The position numbers and the translations under genes are program-made. DNA of 64,000 bases from positions 30,905 to 94,904 of the forward strand of contig JBAXRK010000004.1 of NCBI GenBank assembly GCA_037131245.1, read 5' to 3'. Source of the stretch: Candidatus Omnitrophota bacterium (GTDB lineage: Bacteria > Omnitrophota > Gorgyraeia > Zapsychrales > Fredricksoniimonadaceae). How positions within the stretch are numbered: the stretch's first letter is position 1; every line of letters begins with the position of its first letter. Positions 54,039 to 64,000 of this stretch are shown here, one piece after another. The notes under the pieces are model-generated. The model saw only the letters and a list, made by a program, of their open reading frames with translations, made no database searches and was not told the DNA's origin.

Positions 54039-54829
54039 ACACGTGCTTGCGCGGCATGACAGCTCTTTTGGTCTTTTTTTGTTCCTCGCAGGCTATTGCC
54101 GCTGTCGAATGGCGCGACATGAAGGCTGAGCATTTCATTGTTTATTATAAGAAAGCGCCGATGCGCTTTGTTGAGAGCACGCTCACCAGGGCTGAGGAAA
54201 ATTATCGGCGGACCGCTACGTGCCTTGGGTTTACCCGGTACAAAGGGTGGACCTGGGAGGGGCGCGCGAAGATCTATATTTATGATGATGCCGCTGACTA
54301 CAAGGCTTCATCGGGCATTGGTTGGTCGGCGGGGTCGGTGTTGACGGGATCGAAGACCATTTCATCCTATCCGGCGGCTCATGGTTTTTTTGATTCAACA
54401 TTGCCTCATGAGATCGGCCATATTATTTTTCGCGATTTTATCGGAAGTGAAGCGGTGGTCCCTCTATGGTTGGAAGAGGGTGTCGCCATGTATCAGGAGG
54501 AGTCCGGCCGCTGGGGGGCGGATAATGATGTTCGCCGCGCTATGGCAGAGGAAAAATTTATTTCGCTGGCTGACCTGATGCATCTTGAGTTGAACGGGAA
54601 TTCTGACCCCGAATTGGTCAGGATCTTTTATGCTGAAGCGGCCAGCCTGGTCAGTTATTTGATCAATGAGGGTGAAACATACCGGTTCGCTCGTTTTTGC
54701 CGGGAGCTGAAGTCCGGAACACGTTTTGAAGGGGCTTTGAAAAAAGCCTATATGAAATATCAGACCATCGAAGCTTTTGAGACCGACTGGAAGGATCATT
54801 TAAGCCATGAAGAAAAAGCGCGACGCTAA
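54035..54829 (+). CDS. secreted zinc metallopeptidase, MA-clan (HExxH + downstream E) peptidase_MA-like
   Basis: Signal peptide (TALLVFFCSSQAIA), HEIGH (54407-54421), and downstream WLEEGVAMY. Confidence 0.7.
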   Translation: MNTCLRGMTALLVFFCSSQAIAAVEWRDMKAEHFIVYYKKAPMRFVESTLTRAEENYRRTATCLGFTRYKGWTWEGRAKIYIYDDAADYKASSGIGWSAGSVLTGSKTISSYPAAHGFFDSTLPHEIGHIIFRDFIGSEAVVPLWLEEGVAMYQEESGRWGADNDVRRAMAEEKFISLADLMHLELNGNSDPELVRIFYAEAASLVSYLINEGETYRFARFCRELKSGTRFEGALKKAYMKYQTIEAFETDWKDHLSHEEKARR

Positions 54830-57209
54830 GACCGAGATCAGAAAATATCATTTTATTGGTATCGGGGGGATGGGGATGGGGAACCTGGCTCTCTTGATGC
54901 TGGCAAAGGGGTATCCCGTCAGCGGTTCCGATGAAAAGGAAGGGGATCTGACCCGTCAGCTGCGAGCCAAAGGCGCCAAGATCTTTATTGGGCATGATCT
55001 TCGCAATATTGATGGAGCCGACTGCGTGGTGTATTCGTCGGCTATTTCGGCGAGCAATCCGGAAATGTTCGAAGCGGTGCGCTTGCATATTCCGATCCTA
55101 CGTCGGGCTGAGTTGTTGGCCCAGCTGGTGAATAAAGAGGTCGGGATCACGGTAGCCGGTGCTCACGGTAAAACCACGACATCATCGATGGCCTCGTTGC
55201 TGCTGATCAAGGCCGGCCTGAAACCGACTACCGCGATCGGCGGGGTTGTTTCACAGGGATATAATGCGACGCTGGGTATCGGGCGGCATATCGTGGCCGA
55301 GGTCGATGAAAGTGACGGGTCGTTTCTTTATTTTTCACCCCATTTTTCTATCATTACCAATATCGACCGTGAGCACATGGATCATTACAAAACCATGGAA
55401 AATGTTTTGATGGCTTATACCAAGTTCGTGGAACGCACGGTTCCTGGTGGCGTGGTCATTGCTTGCGGCGATAACCAGGATTTGCGGGTGATCGTTGAGC
55501 GGGGTGGGCGCCGGTATGTGACTTATGGTTTTGCCGAGGACAATGATTGGGGCGCGACGAATATTCAGTGTGATGCCAACGGTTCGTCTTTTGATTGTTA
55601 TAATCAACGCAAGCTCGTTGGACGTTTTTGCCTGGCTGTTCCTGGTAAGCATAACATCCTCAATTCCCTGGCGGTGATCGTGCTCGGCTTTGAGCTCAAG
55701 ATCGAACTTCCGGTCATTATGGAGACGTTGCGGGCTTTTCAAGGGGTGAAGCGCCGTTTCGAGCGTAAGGGAGAGTCGGGAGGGGTTTTGGTGGTGGATG
55801 ATTACGGCCATCATCCGACGGAGATCGCGGCCACGCTCCAGGCGGCGCGTACGCTCGGCCGTAAACGTTTGATCGTGGCTTTTCAGCCCCATCGGTATTC
55901 GCGGACGCAGCTGTTAATGAACGAGTTCGCCTCCTGTTTTACATTGGCCGATCATCTGATTCTGACCGATATTTATCCGGCGAGTGAAAAGCCTATTGAG
56001 GGCGTTACCGCTGAGGTTTTGTTATCGAAGGTCCGAGCTGAACGCCCGCAGGCACTAGCGTATCTGAAAAAGGAAGATATTGTGGCGCATTTACTTTCAG
56101 TAGTTCAACCGGGCGACCTGGTCCTGACCCTCGGGGCGGGTAGTATCACGAATGTGTCCGATGAACTGGTGCAGGCCCTGGAAAAACGCATTGGTTTTGA
56201 CCATATTCCGGCAGCCCGTGAGCGGACACCCGATGAGATTAAGTCTTTGGGTAAGATTGCGGTGGTCATGGGTGGGTGCTCTTCAGAGAGGGCGGTGTCG
56301 TTGCGTTCGGGGAAGGCTGTTTTAAAAGCGCTTACCGCTGCCGGATGCCGGGCCATGGCGCTGGATCTCACCACGGAAGATCGCGATCAGGTGAAAGAGT
56401 GGTTCCGGTCAGAGAAGATCGATATGGCTTTTATCGCCCTGCATGGGCGTTTTGGCGAGGACGGAGGATTGCAGTCTATCCTTGATGAGATGGAGATCCC
56501 CTATCAGGGTTGCGGGCCGTCAGCAAGTTACGCGGCGTTCAATAAAGCGGTTGCCCAGATCCAGTTCGATGAGAAGGGCGTACGAACGCCGAAGACGATC
56601 GCGCTTCGGGGCGTAGCCGCGCTGCGTCAGGAAGATGTGGAGAGCGTGATCGGCGCGTTCCCTGTTGTTGTCAAGCCGGCCTGCGAAGGATCGAGCGTTG
56701 GTGTTTCTCTGGCCAAGGACGCAGAGTCCTTGCGTGAGGGGGTATGTAAAGCCGGGGCTTTTGGCCGTGATATTATTATCCAGCAGTTCATCCGCGGCCG
56801 GGAATTGACCGTCGGTATTCTGGGCCAGAATCCGCTACCGGTCGTCGAGATCTGTGTACCTTCTGAAAATGGCGCGATCTTTGACGCTTCGGCAAAATAC
56901 GAGAAGGATACAACCAGATATTATGTGCCGGCCAATCTTTCAGCGGAGCTTACCGGACGAGTTCAGGCGGAGGCCCTGAAAGCTTATCGGACGCTGCGGT
57001 GTGAGGGGTTCGGCCGGGTCGACGTGCTCCTGGACGCGAACAATGTGCCTTATGTGTTGGAGATCAATACTATTCCAGGTTTTACAGCGACGAGTCTTTT
57101 GCCCAAAGCGGCTGCTGCTGCCGGGCTTGATTTTACTCAACTATGCCTGACACTGGTAGAAATGGCTTATGGCAAAAAGAAAGCCGAATCAATCCCCCAT
57201 CAGCCTTGA
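54807..57209 (+). CDS. murC-ddl: fused UDP-N-acetylmuramate--L-alanine ligase / D-alanine--D-alanine ligase (MurC-Ddl)
   Basis: MurC half: FIGIGGMGM, VAGAHGKTTTSS, DDYGHHPTEI. Junction near aa 462-482. Ddl half: KIAVVMGGCSSERAVSLRSG, ALHGRFGEDGGLQ, VVVKPACEGSSVGV, GRVDVLLD...PYVLEINTIPG. Confidence 0.93.
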   Translation: MKKKRDAKTEIRKYHFIGIGGMGMGNLALLMLAKGYPVSGSDEKEGDLTRQLRAKGAKIFIGHDLRNIDGADCVVYSSAISASNPEMFEAVRLHIPILRRAELLAQLVNKEVGITVAGAHGKTTTSSMASLLLIKAGLKPTTAIGGVVSQGYNATLGIGRHIVAEVDESDGSFLYFSPHFSIITNIDREHMDHYKTMENVLMAYTKFVERTVPGGVVIACGDNQDLRVIVERGGRRYVTYGFAEDNDWGATNIQCDANGSSFDCYNQRKLVGRFCLAVPGKHNILNSLAVIVLGFELKIELPVIMETLRAFQGVKRRFERKGESGGVLVVDDYGHHPTEIAATLQAARTLGRKRLIVAFQPHRYSRTQLLMNEFASCFTLADHLILTDIYPASEKPIEGVTAEVLLSKVRAERPQALAYLKKEDIVAHLLSVVQPGDLVLTLGAGSITNVSDELVQALEKRIGFDHIPAARERTPDEIKSLGKIAVVMGGCSSERAVSLRSGKAVLKALTAAGCRAMALDLTTEDRDQVKEWFRSEKIDMAFIALHGRFGEDGGLQSILDEMEIPYQGCGPSASYAAFNKAVAQIQFDEKGVRTPKTIALRGVAALRQEDVESVIGAFPVVVKPACEGSSVGVSLAKDAESLREGVCKAGAFGRDIIIQQFIRGRELTVGILGQNPLPVVEICVPSENGAIFDASAKYEKDTTRYYVPANLSAELTGRVQAEALKAYRTLRCEGFGRVDVLLDANNVPYVLEINTIPGFTATSLLPKAAAAAGLDFTQLCLTLVEMAYGKKKAESIPHQP

Positions 57210-57951
57210 CCTGGTCCGCTGGGGCGTCATCGTTTTTTTTATTTTGTTGGCGGTTGTGATATCAGGGGTGGCCTTGACATCCTTTGTCCGGCATGCCCGC
57301 CTGTTTGTTATTAAGGATGTGGTGTTGGCGCAAAGCCTGGGAGAGATCAGCCTTCCCGATCTCGGGAAATTAAAAGGGCAGAATATTTTTGCGGTGGATC
57401 TGGAGAAGGTTGAAGAGAAGATATTGGCCCGGTACCCCGGGGTGGCGGGCCTTGAGGTTTTGCGCCGTTTCCCCGATGAGATCCTGATCGTTGGTTCCCG
57501 CCGGACGGCCTTTGCGGTAACCTTGCTCGAGGGGCGGTCCGTGGCCCTCTCGCAGGACGGCTGTTTTATCGGATCCCCAGGCAAGGAGGACGCGGGATTG
57601 CCGGTGATCAAGGGATTGCAGCGCCAGAAGACGGCACCCGGCATGATGCTTTCCGACCCTTCAGGGATGGTGGCGCTCAATGCGGTGTCCTTGGTCAATA
57701 AGGATCAGTCGTTGTTGCCGCTTCATTTGCGTTCACTGGACGTTAGCGTGCCGGAGAAGATGATCCTTACTTTTGGGCTTACAGAGGATCAGGCCAGATT
57801 TGATGTTATCGTCGATAAAGAGAATTTCGCGGCCAAACTTAAAACGCTGGCGATGATGGTGGCCAGGACGGATCTGGCGATCAATGAAGTAAAATATATT
57901 GACCTCAGGTTTGAAACGCCGGTCATCGGTAAGAGGAAATCAAAAAAATGA
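57169..57951 (+). CDS. ftsQ: cell division protein FtsQ (POTRA domain)
   Basis: N-terminal TM (WGVIVFFILLAVVISGVAL) and a POTRA-like segment (FVIKDVVLAQSLGEISLPDL...IFAVDLEKVEEKI). Overlaps murC-ddl by 41 nt. Confidence 0.8.
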   Translation: MAKRKPNQSPISLDLVRWGVIVFFILLAVVISGVALTSFVRHARLFVIKDVVLAQSLGEISLPDLGKLKGQNIFAVDLEKVEEKILARYPGVAGLEVLRRFPDEILIVGSRRTAFAVTLLEGRSVALSQDGCFIGSPGKEDAGLPVIKGLQRQKTAPGMMLSDPSGMVALNAVSLVNKDQSLLPLHLRSLDVSVPEKMILTFGLTEDQARFDVIVDKENFAAKLKTLAMMVARTDLAINEVKYIDLRFETPVIGKRKSKK

Positions 57952-59195
57952 AACAGATCAGGGGTTTTATCGGTCAGTTCTTTCAGGAACGTATTTTTTG
58001 CGGCCTCGATATTGGGTCGCAGAAGATCAAGGCGAGCCTGTGTAAGGTCCAGGACGCGGAGAACTTTGAACTGCTCGGTGTTCATGAAGTTGACACCCGG
58101 GGGTTCAAGGAGGCTTCCGTGAACGATATTGGCGAGTTCTCCGGGGCGATCAGTGCGGCGCTTGACGGCTTGGCCCGGAAAACAAAGGTCAAGTTTCGGG
58201 ATATTTGTCTGGGTGTCGGCGGAGAACTGGTGGAGACCCGGATGAGCCGGGCGATCATTCCGTTAACGGAACGCGGGAATAAGGTGATCGCGCCTAGTGA
58301 TGTGCGGTTTTCCCGTCAGCAGGCCCGGTTGCTTGGGATGCGGCTTGAGGAAGAGGTTATTGAGGATTTTGTCCGGCAGTTCAAGGTGGATGATATTAAT
58401 GTCGCGCTCAATCCCGTCGGCCTCTATGGCCGTAAGCTGGAGGTTGAAGTTCTCCTGGTCTTGATGAACAATTCCAAGCTGCGTAATATTCAGAAAGCGG
58501 TCAAGCAGGCCGGATATGAAGTGGGCAATGTTTTTTTTAATGGTGCCGCGCTCAGTGAAGCAGCCATTGATCGTCAGCACCGGATGGATGGTTGCGTGCT
58601 CGTTGATGTCGGGGCTAAGAAAACAGAGGTTTTCGTTTATAAAGAGGGCCTTTTGAAGAGTTTTAACGTCGCGCTTTTCGGCGGCGACCGGATCACGGCC
58701 CGCTTAGCGAAAGAACTTAATATCCCTTTTGCCCTGGCAGAGGATATTAAAAAGAGTTACGGGAGGCTGGGCGATAAAACCCACCACAGTTCTGAAGATA
58801 TTATAATCAAGAAAGACCAGGGGTTTGTTCCGGTCAAGCATGCCGCGATCCGGGGCCCTATCAATGAGGAAGTTGCTGAACTGGTCGATCATATTCGTGA
58901 CAGCATCGCGGCTTCTGGTTATGAGGGTCATATTCGTTCCGGGGTGGTCATGGCGGGCGGCGGGGCGTTGATGCCGGGACTGATGGAGCATATTGAGGTG
59001 TCGCTGGGCCTGCCGGTGACGATGGCACGCAGTATTCCCGGGCTCGTTCCGGCTTTGTTATACGCTGTTTCCACGAGTTTGGCGGAGATGGGTTATAAGG
59101 GCAGCATGCGTTATGTTTTTGATACCCGAAAGCCCAAAGACTGGTGGGACACGCTGGTATCAAAGTTCAGGGAAATGTGTAACGAATATTTTTAA
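57948..59195 (+). CDS. ftsA: cell division protein FtsA
   Basis: Actin-fold motifs (GLDIGSQKIKA, LVDVGAKKTEV, MAGGGALMPGL) and a C-terminal amphipathic helix (WWDTLVSKFREMCNEYF). Confidence 0.9.
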   Translation: MKQIRGFIGQFFQERIFCGLDIGSQKIKASLCKVQDAENFELLGVHEVDTRGFKEASVNDIGEFSGAISAALDGLARKTKVKFRDICLGVGGELVETRMSRAIIPLTERGNKVIAPSDVRFSRQQARLLGMRLEEEVIEDFVRQFKVDDINVALNPVGLYGRKLEVEVLLVLMNNSKLRNIQKAVKQAGYEVGNVFFNGAALSEAAIDRQHRMDGCVLVDVGAKKTEVFVYKEGLLKSFNVALFGGDRITARLAKELNIPFALAEDIKKSYGRLGDKTHHSSEDIIIKKDQGFVPVKHAAIRGPINEEVAELVDHIRDSIAASGYEGHIRSGVVMAGGGALMPGLMEHIEVSLGLPVTMARSIPGLVPALLYAVSTSLAEMGYKGSMRYVFDTRKPKDWWDTLVSKFREMCNEYF

Positions 59196-59560
59196 TCGTC
59201 GTTGAACTGGCGGCTTGATTTCTGGCGGGAAAGGTTAAAATCCATGTTCTTAAGGACGTTTCGGATCTTGAGCATCCCGGAGAACATGAAAAGCATCCAG
59301 AAAGAATTGAGCAGCATCAGGAAGACGATAAGCAGCCCGAGGTAGTTCTGGTTGATCAGCAGGCGTTCGGTGATCGACGTCCTTTCAATGTCAGCAGCGG
59401 AATTCATGGTGTTGATAGAGAGGATGAAGAACATGACGAAGGCAGCGATCAGGATCATTTCGAAAAAAAGCACGTAGAAGTGGCGTACGAACCACTGATT
59501 GGAGCGGTTGTCCCACTGGCGAACGGTATTCATAAATGAATTGAATGACATGTTTGCCAT
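59192..59560 (-). CDS. small 2-TM membrane protein, unknown function (start uncertain)
   Basis: Hydrophobic helices YVLFFEMILIAAFVMFFILSI and LGLLIVFLMLLNSFWMLFMF. The track ORF runs to 59773, but that extension overlaps the response regulator on the opposite strand, so I prefer Met at 59560 (or 59590). Confidence 0.45.
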   Translation of the reverse strand: MANMSFNSFMNTVRQWDNRSNQWFVRHFYVLFFEMILIAAFVMFFILSINTMNSAADIERTSITERLLINQNYLGLLIVFLMLLNSFWMLFMFSGMLKIRNVLKNMDFNLSRQKSSRQFNDD

Positions 59561-59608
59561 TCTATTTGTTTTTACGCCGCTAATCAACATTATTCTCGGA
59601 AAGGGAAT

Positions 59609-59983
59609 ATGGCCCCCAGGATCCTTATTGTTGACGATGATCGTTTGAATATCACCCTGCTCAAGTTCACGCTTAAGGAAAAACGGTATGAGGTTCAGAC
59701 GGCGGATGATGGTATTGAAGGGATAAAAGCGCTGGCGGTGTTTAAGCCGGACCTGATCCTGCTTGATATTCAAATGCCTAATATGAACGGGTTTGAGTTC
59801 ATGGCTGAATTAAAGGCCGTTGGCAGCGGAGATATTCCGGTCATTGTCCTTACGGCCAATGACAATATGCAGGATATGTTTTATTCCGAGGGGGTAAAGG
59901 GGTATTTTGTTAAGCCGATCGATCCGCCCAGGATCGAAGTCAGGATCCGTGAGGTCCTTGGCCTTAAGGGTGATATTTGCTGA
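59609..59983 (+). CDS. stand-alone response-regulator receiver domain (CheY-like)
   Basis: ILIVDDD, phospho-acceptor LILLDIQMPNMNG, VIVLTA, FVKP. Confidence 0.88.
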   Translation: MAPRILIVDDDRLNITLLKFTLKEKRYEVQTADDGIEGIKALAVFKPDLILLDIQMPNMNGFEFMAELKAVGSGDIPVIVLTANDNMQDMFYSEGVKGYFVKPIDPPRIEVRIREVLGLKGDIC

Positions 59984-60987
59984 TGCGCCTGGCTGATTTT
60001 GATTATAACCTTCCCGAAAGCCTGATCGCCCAGTACCCTGTCGCCTGCCGTGACGCTTCCCGTTTGCTTGTGATCGATCGGATGTCGGGCAGCATCAAGC
60101 ATGATATATTCCGCCATCTGTCTCTTTATCTTCCCGCAAAAAGCCTTTTGGTGGTCAATAACAGTAAAGTTATACCCGCCCGCTTGTTGGGGCGTAAGGA
60201 GCGGTCCGGAGGGCAGGTTGAAGTCTTTCTTCTTCGGTCCGTGGGAGGGCGTCGTTTTGAGGCCATGCTGCGGCCGTTAAAAAAGATTAATGAAGGTGAG
60301 GCGCTTGTTTTTGACGGGGGCATTACGGCTCGCTTGGTCGATCGTGACGCGCGTGTCGTCGAGTTTGACTGTGATGATGTGCTATTAGCGTTGGAAAAGG
60401 TGGGGCATATCCCTTTGCCTCCGTATATCAAGCGTCCGGATGAAGCCTCAGACCGAATTGATTATCAGACTGTTTACGCGCGCCAGGCCGGTTCGGTGGC
60501 GGCGCCGACGGCGGGGTTGCACTTTACCAAGTCCTTGATCGCCAGCCTGAAAAAAGAGGGGCATTCTTTTGCTGCCACGACCCTTCATGTTAATTATGGC
60601 ACGTTCAAACCCGTTGAAGCTGAGGATGTTGTTTCTCATCCCATGCATCTTGAGGACTACACGATAGCGCCCGCGACTGTTCGGGCTGTTGCGTTGGCAA
60701 AGAAAATTAAACAGCCTGTCGTGGCGGTGGGGACGACCAGTTGCCGTGTTCTTGAGTCATGGGCCAGGACCGGGGATATAAAAGGGTCGACGCGCTTGTT
60801 TCTTTACCCGGGGGCGGATTTTAAGGTAGTGAACGCATTGATCACAAACTTCCATTTGCCCAAGAGTACGTTGCTTATGCTGGTGTCAGCTTTTGGTGGG
60901 ATAGACTTGATCCAAAAGGCCTACGCCGAAGCGATACGCGAGAAATATCGCTTTTACAGTTATGGCGATGCGATGTTGATCGTTTAG
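59983..60987 (+). CDS. queA: S-adenosylmethionine:tRNA ribosyltransferase-isomerase
   Basis: MRLADFDYNLPESLIAQYP, HIPLPPYI, AAPTAGLHFT, TNFHLPKSTLLMLVSAF. The ATG overlaps the upstream TGA. Confidence 0.93.
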   Translation: MRLADFDYNLPESLIAQYPVACRDASRLLVIDRMSGSIKHDIFRHLSLYLPAKSLLVVNNSKVIPARLLGRKERSGGQVEVFLLRSVGGRRFEAMLRPLKKINEGEALVFDGGITARLVDRDARVVEFDCDDVLLALEKVGHIPLPPYIKRPDEASDRIDYQTVYARQAGSVAAPTAGLHFTKSLIASLKKEGHSFAATTLHVNYGTFKPVEAEDVVSHPMHLEDYTIAPATVRAVALAKKIKQPVVAVGTTSCRVLESWARTGDIKGSTRLFLYPGADFKVVNALITNFHLPKSTLLMLVSAFGGIDLIQKAYAEAIREKYRFYSYGDAMLIV

Positions 60988-61037
60988 CCGTAAAGACGAT
61001 CCTGTGATATAGTGTCAGCTTAAATAAGGAGGTCGTT

Positions 61038-63039
<2,002 letters not shown>

Positions 63040-63048
63040 ATCCCCGAA

Positions 63049-64000
63049 TTAATTTAGCACCCTTTCCAGTAACGGGATCATGCGGTTGATCATCTTGTGA
63101 TTGATCAGAAAATTCCATAGAGGGTCGAATTTCTTCCATCCTCCCGCGTAGGCGATATGCTTGAGTGTTCCTGGAAGGGACTGCTGCGCCAACGCTCCTT
63201 TGACGATCGAGCCCCAGCTGTAGAATTTGTTGTACGCACGCAGAAGACCGTCTTCCAGTTCCTTGGGGGTCATCCCGGTCGGTGTGAAGACGGCATGTTT
63301 TGCGTCGTAAAGTGACCAGTTCCGATGGAGGATGCGGTTTTCTTTTTCAAGTTTATGGTGTAGCGCGGTTCCGGGATAGGGGGTGAGAATGTGAAATGAC
63401 GCGGTCTCGATCCCGTTCTCGATCGCCCAGTCCGTGGTCCTGTCGAACACAGAGAGGTCGTCATGATCCATGCCGAAAACAAAGCTGGCGTTCACCATGA
63501 CACCCAGTGAGTGCAGGCGCCGGATGGCGGCCTTATAGTTCTGGTGGATGTTCTGTCCCTTGTTGTGCCCTTTAAGGTTGGCCTCGGATAGTGTTTCAAA
63601 GCCGATGAAAAGGCTGCGCAACCCTGCCGCTACAGCTTTTTCCAGAAGATGCGGCTCAAGGACGGCATTGACCGTTCCGGCGGCCTGCCAGACCCGGTTC
63701 ATGGGACGCATGCCTTCAAAGAGCTTTGAAGCGAACCGTACATCTCCGAAGATATTATCGTCGAGGAAAAAGACATGTTTCCAACGGAACTGTTCGATCT
63801 CCCGGAGGGCGTCGTGGAGCAGCATCGTGTAAAACGATTTACCTCCTTTATAAAAGGAATCTTTGTAGCAGAAGTCACAATGATACGGGCAGCCCCGTGA
63901 GACGACCATGGAGTTCGGGACAAGGTAGAGGTGTTCCTTAATGAGGTCACGGCGGACTTTGGGCATGCCTTCAAGCGTGCGTGTCCGGGATTGGTAGAAT
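63049..64000 (-). CDS. B12-binding-domain radical SAM protein (5' end runs off the window)
   Basis: VSRGCPYHCDFCYKDSF cluster motif. The frame stays open upstream of Met 63966 to the window edge. Co-linear similarity to the radical SAM core of the 365..2260 protein. Confidence 0.85.
   Translation of the reverse strand, partial: FYQSRTRTLEGMPKVRRDLIKEHLYLVPNSMVVSRGCPYHCDFCYKDSFYKGGKSFYTMLLHDALREIEQFRWKHVFFLDDNIFGDVRFASKLFEGMRPMNRVWQAAGTVNAVLEPHLLEKAVAAGLRSLFIGFETLSEANLKGHNKGQNIHQNYKAAIRRLHSLGVMVNASFVFGMDHDDLSVFDRTTDWAIENGIETASFHILTPYPGTALHHKLEKENRILHRNWSLYDAKHAVFTPTGMTPKELEDGLLRAYNKFYSWGSIVKGALAQQSLPGTLKHIAYAGGWKKFDPLWNFLINHKMINRMIPLLERVLN

Noticed and set aside
59561-59773. N-terminal extension of the minus-strand membrane-protein ORF
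   Set aside because: It would overlap the well-supported response-regulator gene by 165 nt on the opposite strand. The internal Met at 59560 or 59590 is a more plausible start.

Overview
Bacterial chromosomal window, about 95% coding. I call about 60 CDS and 2 tRNAs, nearly all on the + strand in tightly packed, often overlapping operons. Recognisable housekeeping content: glyQS, ppdK, an RpoD-family sigma factor, apt, rpsO-pnp, ftsK-rodZ-rimO-pgsA-pgpA, riboflavin genes (ribBA-ribH-nusB-PHP-ribD-ribE, with ribF elsewhere), fabZ, acyP, ligA, xerD, rbfA-nrnA-truB-ribF, a dcw cell-wall/division cluster (mraZ ... ftsA), and queA / VIT1-like / tgt. I found no CRISPR array, transposase, phage integrase, rRNA or obvious mobile element. 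The best candidate for something undescribed is at 2.3-7.6 kb. A 1645-aa single-ORF membrane chimera there carries a GlmS-like Ntn-amidotransferase + SIS module in its interior, with the nucleophile-type Cys at residue 553. An HExxH-bearing hydrophobic block precedes that module. Upstream lies a strong promoter and a leader with two tandem intrinsic terminators, and a translationally coupled 72-aa ORF follows. A membrane-embedded B12/radical-SAM gene is transcribed divergently. The second candidate is at 16.7-18.8 kb: a ParA/MinD-type ATPase fused to an AMPK-beta/CBM48-like glycan-binding domain, flanked by a membrane-anchored CBM-like protein and a small membrane protein. The dcw cluster is also atypical. 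It has a MurC-Ddl fusion, a secreted HExxH peptidase between murG and murC, an extra Cys-motif ORF between mraZ and rsmH, no murB, and no ftsZ after ftsA. All family assignments come from motif recognition by eye. No database search was run.
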